This document shows, piece by piece, positions 26,884 to 37,083 of a stretch of DNA of 64,000 nucleotides (positions within the stretch are counted from its first letter, which is position 1; the number at the start of each line of letters is the position of its first letter). This DNA comes from an uncultured Clostridia bacterium (GTDB lineage: Bacteria > Bacillota > Clostridia > CAKSNL01 > HGM11501). Location: contig CAKSNL010000001.1 in NCBI GenBank assembly GCA_934476235.1, positions 44,497 through 108,496 on the forward strand, in the 5' to 3' direction. The notes beneath the pieces are model-generated. The model was not told where the DNA came from and made no database searches. It worked only from the letters and a program-made list of their open reading frames with translations. A program made the translations under genes and the position numbers.

Positions 26884-27840
26884 ATGTTAAAGAAAATATC
26901 CGAAATCGGCATTGTCCCGGTCATCAAGATTAATGACGCGGAAAAGGCAGTTCCGCTTGCAAAAGCGCTGATTGACGGCGGTCTCCCCATCGCGGAAATC
27001 ACGTTCCGTACGGACGCGGCGGAGGAGTCGATAAGACGTGTGAGCGCGGCATTCCCCGAAATGCTCGTCGGCGCCGGCACGGTACTGACCGTTGAGCAGG
27101 CAAAGCGCGCGAAGGACGCGGGCGCAAAATTCATCGTCAGCCCCGGCTTCAATCCCAAGGTCGTTTCCTGGTGCCTTGAAAATGACATTACTCCCACACC
27201 CGGCTGCACATCGCCCTCCGAGATCGAGGCGGCGCTTGAGCTCGGGCTTAAGGCGGTAAAGTTCTTCCCGGCTGAGCAGAGCGGCGGAATCGCAAAGATA
27301 AAGGCGCTCTCCGCTCCCTATTCCGGTCTTAAATTCATCCCGACCGGCGGAATAAGCCTTGACAATCTGACTTCATACATAACCAATAAAAAGATATTGG
27401 CATGCGGCGGAAGCTTCATGGTAAAGGAGGACTACATCAATAATTGTGAGTGGGACAAGATTACCGAGCTTACCAGAAAGTCGGTAAACGTTATGCTCGG
27501 GCTTGAGATAGGTCACATCGGCATTAACGCCCGGAGCAATTCCGAGGCTGAAAGCATTGCCGACCGTTTCTCGCTCCTTTTCGGAAACGCAGAAAAGAGA
27601 ACCACGTCCAAGAGCATATTCGCGGGCGACTCGATCGAGGTCATGCTCCCCGAAGGAAGAGGCAAAAACGGTCACATCGCTATTTTAACAAACTCGGTTG
27701 ACAGAGCGTGCTACCACCTCGGAAAGCAGGGCTTCTCGTTCGATACCGACAGTGCCAAATATAATGACGACGGCTCGCTCAAATTCATATACTTCAATGA
27801 TGAAATCGGCGGCTTCGGCGTTCACCTTGTTCAGAGATAA
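26884..27840 (+). CDS. eda: KDPG/KHG aldolase (Eda) fused to a C-terminal ~100-aa VOC/glyoxalase-like domain
   Basis: The first ~210 aa match KDPG aldolase (VIKINDAEKAVPLAKAL, GAGTVLT, FIVSPG). The tail HIGINARS...SIEVMLPEGRG...HIAILT resembles a VOC fold. Confidence 0.8.
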   Translation: MLKKISEIGIVPVIKINDAEKAVPLAKALIDGGLPIAEITFRTDAAEESIRRVSAAFPEMLVGAGTVLTVEQAKRAKDAGAKFIVSPGFNPKVVSWCLENDITPTPGCTSPSEIEAALELGLKAVKFFPAEQSGGIAKIKALSAPYSGLKFIPTGGISLDNLTSYITNKKILACGGSFMVKEDYINNCEWDKITELTRKSVNVMLGLEIGHIGINARSNSEAESIADRFSLLFGNAEKRTTSKSIFAGDSIEVMLPEGRGKNGHIAILTNSVDRACYHLGKQGFSFDTDSAKYNDDGSLKFIYFNDEIGGFGVHLVQR

Positions 27841-27863
27841 AATAAAGAGAGGAATCACATAAA

Positions 27864-28892
27864 ATGAAAAAGATAGTTACACTCGGCGAAATTATGCTTC
27901 GCTTAAAATCACCCGCATTCGAAAGATTCATGCAGACTCCGGCGCTTGAGGCGACCTTCGGAGGCGGAGAGGCTAACGTTGCCGTTTCGCTCGCAAATTA
28001 CGGAATGGATGCAAAATTCGTTACCGCGCTCCCGAAAAATGACATTGCGGACGCGCTTGTCCGCGAGCTCCGCGGCTTCGGAGTTGACGTGTCGGATATT
28101 GCATATACCGACGGAAGGCTCGGCATCTACTATCTTGAGTCGGGTACAAACCAGCGCCCCTCCAAGGTAATATATGACAGAGCATATTCCGCAATTTCGC
28201 TTGCGACTCCCGGGACCTTTGATTTTGGCAAGGTTTTCGAAGGTGCGGACTGGTTTCACATCACCGGCATCACCCCCGCTCTTTCCCAGAGTGCGGCTGA
28301 CCTTTCCATAGCGGCAGTCAAGGCGGCAAAGGAAATGGGGCTCACCGTCTCGTGCGACTTAAACTACAGAAAGAACCTCTGGAAGTACGGTAAAGAGGCG
28401 CGCGAGGTTATGAGCGAGATCGCACGCTATGTGGATGTACTCATCGCCAACGAGGAGGACTGCCAGAAGTCTCTCGGAATCGAGAACAACGCCGAGGTTA
28501 CAAGCGGAGTGCTTGATACCAAGAAATACGAGGAGCTTGCCAAGAACGTTCTTTCGGCATATCCCAACGCTTCGAAAATTGCAATCACTCTGCGTGAGAG
28601 CAAGAGCGCAAGCCACAACGACTGGTCCGCCTGCATCTCGGACGGCAAGGAGTTCTACGTTTCCAAGAAGTACGAAATCAAGAACATCGTTGACAGAGTC
28701 GGCGGCGGCGACAGCTTCGGCGCGGGTCTTATCTACGGTCTTTTAAATTACGGCGATGATAAGAAGGCGCTTGAATTCGCGGTTGCGGCAAGCTGCTTAA
28801 AGCACACCATCTCCGGCGACTTTAACCGTGTCAGCGTCAAAGAGGTTGAGTCTCTTATGGGAGGCGACGGCTCGGGAAGAGTTCAGAGATAA
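27864..28892 (+). CDS. kdgK: 2-dehydro-3-deoxygluconokinase (PfkB family)
   Basis: KdgK-like N-terminus ([12 protein letters not shown]) and a [10 protein letters not shown] anion-hole motif. Sits directly downstream of eda. Confidence 0.8.
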   Translation: MKKIVTLGEIMLRLKSPAFERFMQTPALEATFGGGEANVAVSLANYGMDAKFVTALPKNDIADALVRELRGFGVDVSDIAYTDGRLGIYYLESGTNQRPSKVIYDRAYSAISLATPGTFDFGKVFEGADWFHITGITPALSQSAADLSIAAVKAAKEMGLTVSCDLNYRKNLWKYGKEAREVMSEIARYVDVLIANEEDCQKSLGIENNAEVTSGVLDTKKYEELAKNVLSAYPNASKIAITLRESKSASHNDWSACISDGKEFYVSKKYEIKNIVDRVGGGDSFGAGLIYGLLNYGDDKKALEFAVAASCLKHTISGDFNRVSVKEVESLMGGDGSGRVQR

Positions 28893-29192
28893 AAGAGCAA
28901 AAGAGCCTTCGGGCGAAAAGCCATAAACCAAAAAAAGTAATTCACAAGCTGCTGAGGTCTTAATGACCTAAAGACGGTAAGCTTATACAATGGATCGGAG
29001 TTACCGCAGCAACCGCAAGGCGTTACAGTGAACAAATCGAGACCTCTGCTTTTGCCGGCAAGCTTGAATTTCAAAAAACGCACATGCTGACGATCCTGTT
29101 GTTATAACGGGCAAAACCAAGACGGCGTCAAATGTAAAACACAAGGTATTTCTTATGTCGGAAATATTGTTTTAAAAAGGAGCGTTTCAAAA

Positions 29193-29909
29193 TTGAATAC
29201 AATAAGCATCAAAAAAGCTTCCCCGAAAATGATTGCCCACAGGGGACTGAGCGGCATTGAGCCCGAGAACACCGCAGCTGCATTTATAGCTGCCGGAAAC
29301 CGAAGCTATTTCGGAATAGAAAGCGATGTTCATAAAACTCGCGACGGAAGGTTTGTTATCATTCACGATGACAACACCCTCAGAACCTCGGGAACTGATA
29401 TGATTATTGAAAGCTCTGATTACGCCGCTTTGAAAGACATAACGCTTTTCGGAACGGACAGTCGCCCTCATCCCGAACTTAAAATACCGTTGCTTGAGGA
29501 CTACATAGCAATATGCGCAAGATATGACAAAACCGCTGTTTTGGAACTGAAAAAACACTTTGATAAAGATGACGTCAAACAAATTGTCGGCATAATAAAC
29601 GAATTAAGGCATCTTGAAAAAACGATATTTATATCTTTTGATTGGGAGAACCTGTTTTTTGTCAGAAATTTTGCTCAAAACCAAGCCGTTCAGCTTTTAG
29701 CAGGCTCGTGCAACGAAAGACTTTTGGAAGAGTTGATATCAAATCGCTTCAGCCTTGACATAGAACACCAAGCGCTCTCACGATATATTGTTGAAACGCT
29801 GCACGCAAACGGTCTTGAGGTCAACTGCTGGACAGTTAATGATAAAGACCTCGGTGAAAGGCTTGCCGCATACGGGGTCGACTATATAACAACCAATATT
29901 TTGGAATAA
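29193..29909 (+). CDS. Glycerophosphodiester phosphodiesterase family protein (TTG start)
   Basis: HR(G)D active-site motifs (IAHRGLSG...ENT, ESDVHKTRDG...IIHDD). An AAGGAG RBS lies 9 nt upstream of the TTG at 29193. Confidence 0.8.
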   Translation: MNTISIKKASPKMIAHRGLSGIEPENTAAAFIAAGNRSYFGIESDVHKTRDGRFVIIHDDNTLRTSGTDMIIESSDYAALKDITLFGTDSRPHPELKIPLLEDYIAICARYDKTAVLELKKHFDKDDVKQIVGIINELRHLEKTIFISFDWENLFFVRNFAQNQAVQLLAGSCNERLLEELISNRFSLDIEHQALSRYIVETLHANGLEVNCWTVNDKDLGERLAAYGVDYITTNILE

Positions 29910-30050
29910 AAGCGGTCCTGTGTTAACAGTTGGGATTAAAATAATTAAGACGGCAGATCCTCCGGGAAAAATATTTTGATTACCCAAAAGTATTTTTAAA
30001 CCGCCAAGCGCCGCTTAATGATTTACAGCTATTTTATGCCGCAATCGGCA

Positions 30051-30076
30051 AAAGAGCCTTCGGGCTCTTTTTTCTT
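30051..30076 (+). terminator. Rho-independent terminator (AAAGAGCC-TTCG-GGCTCTTT plus TTTTCTT)
   Basis: Perfect hairpin with a UUCG loop and a T-run. Confidence 0.8.
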
Positions 30077-30103
30077 GCATTTTTTTATCCCGTGTGGTAT
30101 ACT
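30075..30103 (+). promoter_or_regulatory. Sigma-A type promoter (TTGCAT, 17-nt spacer, TGgTATACT)
   Basis: Seen upstream of the membrane-protein ORF at 30137. Confidence 0.55.
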
Positions 30104-30136
30104 CATGGTATATACTATCAAAAAGGTGGATTTTGC

Positions 30137-30673
30137 ATGAAGGACAAATTAAGGCTTCCCCTTAAGCTTTTCGGGGACAGAGTTTTATTCATAGTTGTGA
30201 CCTGGGTGTTCTCCGTAACGCTTTCGGTGTTCTTAACTCTCATCACCCCCGGTGTCAACATCGGCATATACTACTCGATAATGACCGCCATCCCCTATAC
30301 CATGCTCATTTACTACGAAGCCTACGATTCGGGAAGCCACGAGTCCGGTCAGGGGCACGCCTCGTTAAAAAGCGCCGCTTTAAGGCTTTTGCTCTGGCAG
30401 ATACCGACTTTTGTTCTGCTCGCCTTCTATATTGCGGGCGTGCTCGGTGCATTTAACCCGGAGCCTCTGGGAAGGATTTTCGGCGGAATCTACTTCGCGC
30501 CTTATATGGGACCCCGCGGAATATCGGAAAGCGCCGGCATAAATATACTCCAGTTCTCGCTTTTCACTATTCTTGAATCGGCGGTCTTCATTATCGCATA
30601 TTTTCTCGGAATGAACGATATCGTCATCATCAAAAAGAAAAAGAAGAATTCCTCCGCCCCAACCAAAAAATAA
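30137..30673 (+). CDS. Hypothetical polytopic membrane protein
   Basis: An AAAGGTGG RBS precedes the ATG at 30137. The product has 4-5 TM segments and a lysine-rich tail. Confidence 0.5.
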   Translation: MKDKLRLPLKLFGDRVLFIVVTWVFSVTLSVFLTLITPGVNIGIYYSIMTAIPYTMLIYYEAYDSGSHESGQGHASLKSAALRLLLWQIPTFVLLAFYIAGVLGAFNPEPLGRIFGGIYFAPYMGPRGISESAGINILQFSLFTILESAVFIIAYFLGMNDIVIIKKKKKNSSAPTKK

Positions 30674-30677
30674 GATA

Positions 30678-30709
30678 AGCCCGCGCTCATATGAGCGCGG
30701 GCTTTTTTG
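30678..30709 (+). terminator. Rho-independent terminator (AAGCCCGCGCTCAT/ATGAGCGCGGGCTT plus T6)
   Basis: Perfect 14-bp stem and a T-run. Confidence 0.85.
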
Positions 30710-30738
30710 TTGACTATTTTTCATATATATGGTAAAAT
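30710..30738 (+). promoter_or_regulatory. Sigma-A consensus promoter (TTGACT, 17-nt spacer, TAAAAT)
   Basis: Seen 20 nt upstream of the RBS AAGGAGGGG for the ORF at 30759. Confidence 0.6.
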
Positions 30739-30758
30739 ATCATCTAAGGAGGGGAAAT

Positions 30759-31817
30759 ATGGAAGCAAAAGCAAAAAAGACAGAGATAAACGTCTTAAAT
30801 ATATTTTTGTGCCTTTTGGTGATGCTTATACATTGTATGGGCAACGCCGTATCGCAGACCGACCCGGAGCTGGGCTCATATGCCGTTTCCGCGGCGATTT
30901 TCAGGCTGTCGTCATTTGCGGTTCAGGGATTCATCTTTTTAAGCGCGGTAAAGCTTTTTATGAAAAAAGACGGCGCGCCGTACGGACAATTCATGCTCCG
31001 GAGGATAACCTCCGTTTTCCTGCCGTACATTTTTTATGTTCTGGTTTACTACTTAATCAGGCTTTTTTCAAAAAACGAGGAGTTTGACATTCTTTATTTT
31101 ATAAGGAGCGTTTTCATTGGCGACATGCACGCTCACTTTTATTTTGTCGTTCTTATCATGCAGTTTTACCTCTTGTTTCCGCTTTTTAAAAAGCTTTATG
31201 ACAAAGAAAACGCCGCAGCGGTTACTGCGCTCTCTTTTTGCGTTTCGCTCGCGTTTCAGTTTGCATTTCCGCACGCATTAAATCTACTTTTCGGAATTGA
31301 TTTTATCTATACCGACAGGATTTTTCTCACATATTTTGCCTACTGGACTTTAGGTGCCTTTGCGGGAATCAACTATGAAGCTTTTAAGGCGGCGCTATTT
31401 AAAATAAAGTATCCCGTATTTATATGCTTTTTGATATTCGCCGCAATACTTTGCCCGGAAAATTACCGCGTGATGCGCTTTTCAGAGTACATACCGGGGT
31501 TCGGCGAGCTGTTTTTCGCCTACACCTTCCCCGCGATTCTGACATTTTTTATTCTTGCCAACCTTATTTCCGATTTAAGGATATTTAAAAGCGGCTTCTT
31601 TTCTTTAATGAACAAGGTATCGTACAGGGTCTATCTCATTCACCCTATCGTGCTTTGCTTATTTGATAAATTGTTCGGTGAGATTTTAAAAGATAATCCC
31701 GCCGCGCTTAATATAATAAGGTATCTCGCGGTCGTTATAATTTCCTTTGCCGTTTCGATGCTGATTGAAAAGCTTAAGGAAGTGGTCATATATTTAACCA
31801 AAAAGCTCACGGCTTAA
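30759..31817 (+). CDS. Acyltransferase family 3 (membrane O-acyltransferase, OafA-like)
   Basis: About ten TM helices with a conserved N-terminal His (LIHCMGN), typical of acyltransferase_3. Confidence 0.65.
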   Translation: MEAKAKKTEINVLNIFLCLLVMLIHCMGNAVSQTDPELGSYAVSAAIFRLSSFAVQGFIFLSAVKLFMKKDGAPYGQFMLRRITSVFLPYIFYVLVYYLIRLFSKNEEFDILYFIRSVFIGDMHAHFYFVVLIMQFYLLFPLFKKLYDKENAAAVTALSFCVSLAFQFAFPHALNLLFGIDFIYTDRIFLTYFAYWTLGAFAGINYEAFKAALFKIKYPVFICFLIFAAILCPENYRVMRFSEYIPGFGELFFAYTFPAILTFFILANLISDLRIFKSGFFSLMNKVSYRVYLIHPIVLCLFDKLFGEILKDNPAALNIIRYLAVVIISFAVSMLIEKLKEVVIYLTKKLTA

Positions 31818-31830
31818 GCCGTGAGCTTTT
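31801..31830. terminator. Bidirectional terminator (AAAAGCTCACGGCTTAAGCCGTGAGCTTTT)
   Basis: Perfect palindrome flanked by A/T runs, lying between convergent genes. Confidence 0.8.
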
Positions 31831-33920
31831 TAATTAAAGTCAAATACAACGTTTTTGTTTTCGTCAAGCTTTAAATGCGCGGAAAATTCCTTTCCGCTCT
31901 TTTTGGATATAAACCCCTCAATCTTATACGTTTTTCCTGTTGCGAGGAGGTTTTTAACGTTTGAAATGGAAATGTCCCGTCCGCAGATGGTGCCGCTTAT
32001 CTTAAATTTGCAGCCGTCCTTATAGCCCTTGCAGCCGTATCCGAAGCGGTTTCTCACAACATCGTTCCCGCAAAGAGGGCACTTTCCCGCAACGTCACCG
32101 AAAAAGCCGGTGTCCGTGTCGCGCTCCGGGGGCTTTGTGTCCTTTTTAAAGACCTCGCTTATCTCCCTTTTCGCAAGCTCCACACTGTCGGACACTCCGA
32201 TCTCCCCGCGGTACACTTTCTTAAGCGCCTTGCCGAGCTCTCCGGTCTTATATTTATCCATACTTATCTGCATTTTGGAAAGCGACTCTATCAAAAATTC
32301 TCCGCCCGGAAGTATCGTGTAAACGTCCTTTTTAAGCGAGATATAGCCGCTCTTTTTTGCGTTCTCGATAATTCCCGTCCGCGTTGCCTCCGTGCCGAGC
32401 TCCAGTCCCTCAAATATTGCCCGGTACTCCTCGGCATCGTCCTCGTCCGCCTTTGAAATATCCTCCTTGAACGGATTTTTAAGGTAATTGTTCAAGGTCT
32501 CTATCGTGTAGTGCTTGGGAGGCGAGGTCTCCTTTTCGGCGAGCGAGAAAAGAATATTTACCTCATCGCCTTTATTTAAGCGCGGAAGCACCTTGTCCTT
32601 TTTGTTGTAATCGTCATACTTGGTCCAGCCCTTTTCAAGCATTACAACGCCCTTTAACGAAAAGGACTCTTTATCGCCGACCGCAACGGTGATCTCCGTT
32701 TTTTCAACCTTGCACTCCTCAGAGCAGAAAACTGCGGCAAAGCGGCGCATGATGGCGCTGTACACCTTATATTCCGCCTCCGAAAGCGCCTTTTTATCGG
32801 GAATCTTATGCGTCGGCGTCAGCGCGGAATGGGACTCTATCTTGGAATCGTCGAATATCGTTTTCTTATCCTTGAACACGAGCGGGTAGCCTATCTTGCA
32901 AAACGCCGCGATGATGTTTTTTACCTTGCCCTTTTCGGCGGTCGCAAGGTACTCGGAGTTTGTTCTGGGATATGTCACATATCCTTTTTCGTAGAGCGCC
33001 TGAACGATCTTTAAGCTCTCGTCCATCGGCATTTTATACTTTTTTCCGAGCATGTTCTGAAGCTTGGTAAGAGAGTAAAGCTTGCCGGGCGATAAAGTCT
33101 CTTTTTTCGTTTTCTTTTGGGTCACGGTCGCCTTTTCGCCATTTAAAAGATTGCAGTATTCCGTCGCCTCGGAAAGCTCTGACAGGCTGAACTTTTTCTT
33201 GCTTAAAAGCTCGACCTCTTCCCCGTTTGTCTTTTCCTTGCTTAAAGGCGCATAATACTTTTCGCTCTTAAAATTTCTTATCGCCATGTCGCGGTCATAT
33301 ACCGCCTTGACTATCGGAACGATTACCCTTCCGACTCTTAAAAGCGTGCCCGTCTTAAGCGAAGCATACCGTGTCAAATTAACTCCGTAGAGCCAGTCTA
33401 TGTATGTTCTGGCATAGCCCTCGTTTGCAAGCGGGTCGTACTCCGAATCGTCCGCCAGAGAAGAGAGCCCCTCTCTTATCGTTTCCGTTGTCTGATCTGG
33501 AAGCCAGAGCCTTTTTACCGCCTTTCCCGTTACTCCCGTTTTTTTAATGCAGGTTCTGACGATGATTTCTCCCTCGCGGTCAGAGTCCCCGGCGTTTACT
33601 ATCGTGTCAACGTCGGTTCTTGACGCGAGCGACTTTATCGTGTTAAACTGCGACTTGACGCCCGGGTCCACCTTTCCCGCCCTGTCGTGCTTTAATGAAA
33701 ATTCGAATTTTTCCGGAAAGCAGGGAATATTGTCCATCGTCCAGTGCTTTTTATCGGACGGACTGTAGTACTCTATGTCCTCAAGCGAAAAAAGATGCCC
33801 GAACGCCCATGTAACGATATATCCGCCGCCCTCTAAAAAGCCCGCTCCCTTTTGCATTTTCCCGATTGCGGACGCAATATTTCTTGCAAGCGACGGCTTT
33901 TCGGCAATGATAAGTATCAT
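31830..33920 (-). CDS. topB: DNA topoisomerase III
   Basis: Toprim N-terminus (MILIIAEKPSLARNIA...WAFGHL), the topo IA core and C-terminal Cys4 zinc ribbons. Confidence 0.85.
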   Translation of the reverse strand: MILIIAEKPSLARNIASAIGKMQKGAGFLEGGGYIVTWAFGHLFSLEDIEYYSPSDKKHWTMDNIPCFPEKFEFSLKHDRAGKVDPGVKSQFNTIKSLASRTDVDTIVNAGDSDREGEIIVRTCIKKTGVTGKAVKRLWLPDQTTETIREGLSSLADDSEYDPLANEGYARTYIDWLYGVNLTRYASLKTGTLLRVGRVIVPIVKAVYDRDMAIRNFKSEKYYAPLSKEKTNGEEVELLSKKKFSLSELSEATEYCNLLNGEKATVTQKKTKKETLSPGKLYSLTKLQNMLGKKYKMPMDESLKIVQALYEKGYVTYPRTNSEYLATAEKGKVKNIIAAFCKIGYPLVFKDKKTIFDDSKIESHSALTPTHKIPDKKALSEAEYKVYSAIMRRFAAVFCSEECKVEKTEITVAVGDKESFSLKGVVMLEKGWTKYDDYNKKDKVLPRLNKGDEVNILFSLAEKETSPPKHYTIETLNNYLKNPFKEDISKADEDDAEEYRAIFEGLELGTEATRTGIIENAKKSGYISLKKDVYTILPGGEFLIESLSKMQISMDKYKTGELGKALKKVYRGEIGVSDSVELAKREISEVFKKDTKPPERDTDTGFFGDVAGKCPLCGNDVVRNRFGYGCKGYKDGCKFKISGTICGRDISISNVKNLLATGKTYKIEGFISKKSGKEFSAHLKLDENKNVVFDFN

Positions 33921-35026
33921 ACCTTTTCAGCCTCATGCAAAAGCTTCACGGCATATTCTGCGTTCTCTTCCGCCTTCTTTTTAAGAACGGCGTTTGCCGT
34001 GTGGAGCTTTTCGCGGTGGGAGGAAAGCCCCCCGACCAGAGAATCGAATGTTCTTTTCATTTTTTCGGGCTCCATATCCTCCACGTCAATCATATAAGGC
34101 TGGCTGAGCGATTCCATGAACGCGCTTATCTTCGGATCGTAAACAAGCGCCATCGCCGGTATCTCCAGCGTTGTCGCATATATAAGAGAGTGAAGGCGCA
34201 TCCCTATCAATACCTCCGCCCCGGAAAGAACGGAAAACATCTCCGCGACCGTCAGATTCCTGTTTATTATGTATGAAGGGTGCTTCATCTTTTCCATAAC
34301 CTCTTTTGACACATCCATGTCCAGAGGATACTGCATCGGAACGAAAAGCGGATGTATATCGTACTTTTCGACCATGTAGTCGCATAATGACGCCATCGCC
34401 TCCGAAAAATTGCCGGACGAATTTTTCCACGACCTTATAGATACCGCGCAGACCTTTGTTCCGTCCGGCACGCCGGCTCTTTTTATAAAGAACTGCCCGG
34501 TCAGCGCTTCCTTTAAGTTAATGGTAAACGCCGGGTCGGCAGTGATTATTATTTCGGGCTTTGTAACGCCGAGCTTTTTAAGCTCCTCATCGGACTTGTC
34601 GTCGCGCAGCGTTATTAAGTCCACCTTGTTTAATATCCTTGCCGTCAGCCGCCTGTCCGCACGCGTATTTATCGGACCTATTCCGTTTGCATAAAGCATC
34701 GTCTTAAGCCCGCATTTTTCGGCGAGCGCGATTATCATGAGATAATATTTAAGCGACTTTGAGCTCGTCACGTCCTGAAGCAGGCTTCCGCCGCCGAATA
34801 TGAGCATCTTCGCCTGTTTCATTTCTTTTTTTATCTTAAAATAATTATAGCGGTTTACCGATTTGACCCCGTAGTCACGGGCGGTTTCCTCGGGCGTTTT
34901 TGAAAGCACGGTCACCGAAATATCGGGAGAACGCTGCTTTAATGTGTTCAAAATCGCCCAGAGCAACGCCTCATCCCCGCTGTTGGCAAAGCCATGGTAA
35001 CCTGAAATCACTATGTCCGACATCAT
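33917..35026 (-). CDS. csaB: Polysaccharide pyruvyl transferase CsaB
   Basis: N-terminus VISGYHGFANSGDEALL and a 369-aa length match the CsaB family. Confidence 0.8.
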   Translation of the reverse strand: MMSDIVISGYHGFANSGDEALLWAILNTLKQRSPDISVTVLSKTPEETARDYGVKSVNRYNYFKIKKEMKQAKMLIFGGGSLLQDVTSSKSLKYYLMIIALAEKCGLKTMLYANGIGPINTRADRRLTARILNKVDLITLRDDKSDEELKKLGVTKPEIIITADPAFTINLKEALTGQFFIKRAGVPDGTKVCAVSIRSWKNSSGNFSEAMASLCDYMVEKYDIHPLFVPMQYPLDMDVSKEVMEKMKHPSYIINRNLTVAEMFSVLSGAEVLIGMRLHSLIYATTLEIPAMALVYDPKISAFMESLSQPYMIDVEDMEPEKMKRTFDSLVGGLSSHREKLHTANAVLKKKAEENAEYAVKLLHEAEKV

Positions 35027-37083
35027 TTCATCTCCGAATCAGAAATTTTCGCTTCCGGCGCAAGCACACGGATAATGCGCACGAGCACAAGGTTTGCCAC
35101 ATAAACGAATACCGACAGTACGACGCCGATTATCACGCCGTTAACGACTCTCATATATATAACTGAAAGGTCGGTAAACACATGGCAGAAGCTGTTCATA
35201 ACAGACGCCGAAAGGATCGACGTGCCGACCGCGAAGAACCACTGCACAAGCTTTATTTTCGAGTTCCTCATATAGTAAACGAATAAAACAAGCGAAGGAT
35301 AGCCTATCAAAAACTCCTTTGTTCTCGGGCGTGCCGGGAACGCGTTTGTTATTGCCGTTCTCATCGTCTGCTCAAGCGAGCTTATCTTGTTTACGTTGCC
35401 GCTTCTTATGATATAGTAAAGTCCGATAAGTCCGATAAAGCCGCCTATTATCACCCAGTATACCTTGATATCGGAAAGGAGCACCTTTTTAACGGCAGCG
35501 CCCAGATTCTCCCTGTCCTCCTTCTTGGACGACGCAAAGTAATATGCCGCCGCCGTATACAAAAGCGGAACCATGAGCGAAAGCTTTATTCCTCTGAATA
35601 TATAGTTATTTATATAGTAATCAACGCCGGAAAGCATTGCCCCCATTCCAAGCGCACCGATGCACAAAATCGCAAGCATGAGCGCCGCGATAATAAATAT
35701 CTGGGGAACCGTTTTATATTTCGTGCCCAAAACCGTGCAGGCTTTCATAACCGCCGTCATGGCAAAGCATGAAATGACAAGACAGTAGAACGTCGGATAT
35801 AAAAGCACCAGTGTAAGCGGCATAATAAAGGTTGCGCCGAACGCAAGAACCGAAATGACAAGCGCCGCGGTTTCAAGCTTTCTGTTCTTAAATTCAAAAA
35901 GCATCTCTATGGCTTTAAGCACCAAAAGGATCATTATGACCGCCGAGCATGCCGACGGAAATCTTACATCCGTTTTATAGTCGAACGATGCGGGCTCCTC
36001 ACCGAATTTAAATCCGTACTTTTCCGCACGGTTAATATATTCCTTTACCGCGGTCAGCGTGTAGTCGGCGCACTCGTCATATTCGATTCCGTCCGCTGCA
36101 ATCTGCGTTACTGTGATGAATCTTATATTTCTGTCAACCGACGAATTGAAATACTGGTTCACCCTGTAGTCATAATGTGTGTCGTCATCCTGCGAGTCGT
36201 CATAGGTCTCATATGACCTTAAGACCTTTTTGCTTCCGTTCTTACCCATCACGGTATTGAATATCTTACTGTAGCCTAAGCACTTCTGGTTCGAAAGCTG
36301 ATCTGTGTTTTCCGTTACGACCAGTGTCATATCGTTACGGTTTATCATTTCCCCTATCCAATTATAATTTGCCTTTATAATGTCCTCTTTGTCGTATTCT
36401 CTTACGTATGCCTTTATATTGAAGTATCTTACGTTATAGTCTTTTACTATCTTTTCGATATAGCCTATATAGTCCTGGCGCGAATAGTTTTTTACCTTAT
36501 ATACAAGCGCGATATCAAACCCGTCGTTTTTAAGCTTTTCTATCACGTCCCTGTCATAGCCTAAGGTGAAGTTCCAGAGCTTTTCCCTTCCGTCAAAGAA
36601 GGCGTATATATCCATGTTCTCGATGCCGTTGATCTTTATATACTCATCCGACGAATATTTAAGCGGAATCATCTCGGCAAGCTTTTCCTTCGTCCGTTCA
36701 TTCTTTGTCATAAGAAGATAAGAATCATACGAAACCATAGGATACTTTTCCGCAATGAGGTTTGCAATACGTATGCTCTCATCCTCGTACTTATGTTTTA
36801 AAACATTGTACTTAATGCATGTAAGCTCTCCGCGGGACACTAAGGAGTTCACATCGTCCTCCATAACGGAGACGGTGGTGACTCCCGTTTCTTTGTATTT
36901 TCTCATCATCTCGGCAAGCTTGACCGGAGAGATCTTGTTTTTTATATCGTTATATAAAAGCGATAAAACGACCTTATCATTAGCCTTTTCATTAACTGCT
37001 CTCCTCGCCACAGAGGGTATAAGCGAGAGAAACATAGCTGCGATAATTATCCAGATTCCGAATTTTTCAATTTTTTTCTTCAT
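35023..37083 (-). CDS. Large polytopic membrane protein (DUF5693-like) associated with the SCWP locus
   Basis: N-terminal TM anchor, a ~380-aa extracytoplasmic domain, then about 8 TM helices. Overlaps csaB and the murJ-like gene. Confidence 0.45.
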   Translation of the reverse strand: MKKKIEKFGIWIIIAAMFLSLIPSVARRAVNEKANDKVVLSLLYNDIKNKISPVKLAEMMRKYKETGVTTVSVMEDDVNSLVSRGELTCIKYNVLKHKYEDESIRIANLIAEKYPMVSYDSYLLMTKNERTKEKLAEMIPLKYSSDEYIKINGIENMDIYAFFDGREKLWNFTLGYDRDVIEKLKNDGFDIALVYKVKNYSRQDYIGYIEKIVKDYNVRYFNIKAYVREYDKEDIIKANYNWIGEMINRNDMTLVVTENTDQLSNQKCLGYSKIFNTVMGKNGSKKVLRSYETYDDSQDDDTHYDYRVNQYFNSSVDRNIRFITVTQIAADGIEYDECADYTLTAVKEYINRAEKYGFKFGEEPASFDYKTDVRFPSACSAVIMILLVLKAIEMLFEFKNRKLETAALVISVLAFGATFIMPLTLVLLYPTFYCLVISCFAMTAVMKACTVLGTKYKTVPQIFIIAALMLAILCIGALGMGAMLSGVDYYINNYIFRGIKLSLMVPLLYTAAAYYFASSKKEDRENLGAAVKKVLLSDIKVYWVIIGGFIGLIGLYYIIRSGNVNKISSLEQTMRTAITNAFPARPRTKEFLIGYPSLVLFVYYMRNSKIKLVQWFFAVGTSILSASVMNSFCHVFTDLSVIYMRVVNGVIIGVVLSVFVYVANLVLVRIIRVLAPEAKISDSEMK

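Noticed and set aside
28893-29192. Tried to assign the GDPD leader to a known riboswitch class (TPP, glycine, c-di-GMP, ZTP, fluoride, SAM, FMN, purine)
   Set aside because: None of the class-defining conserved motifs could be matched by eye. It is kept only as an unclassified structured leader.
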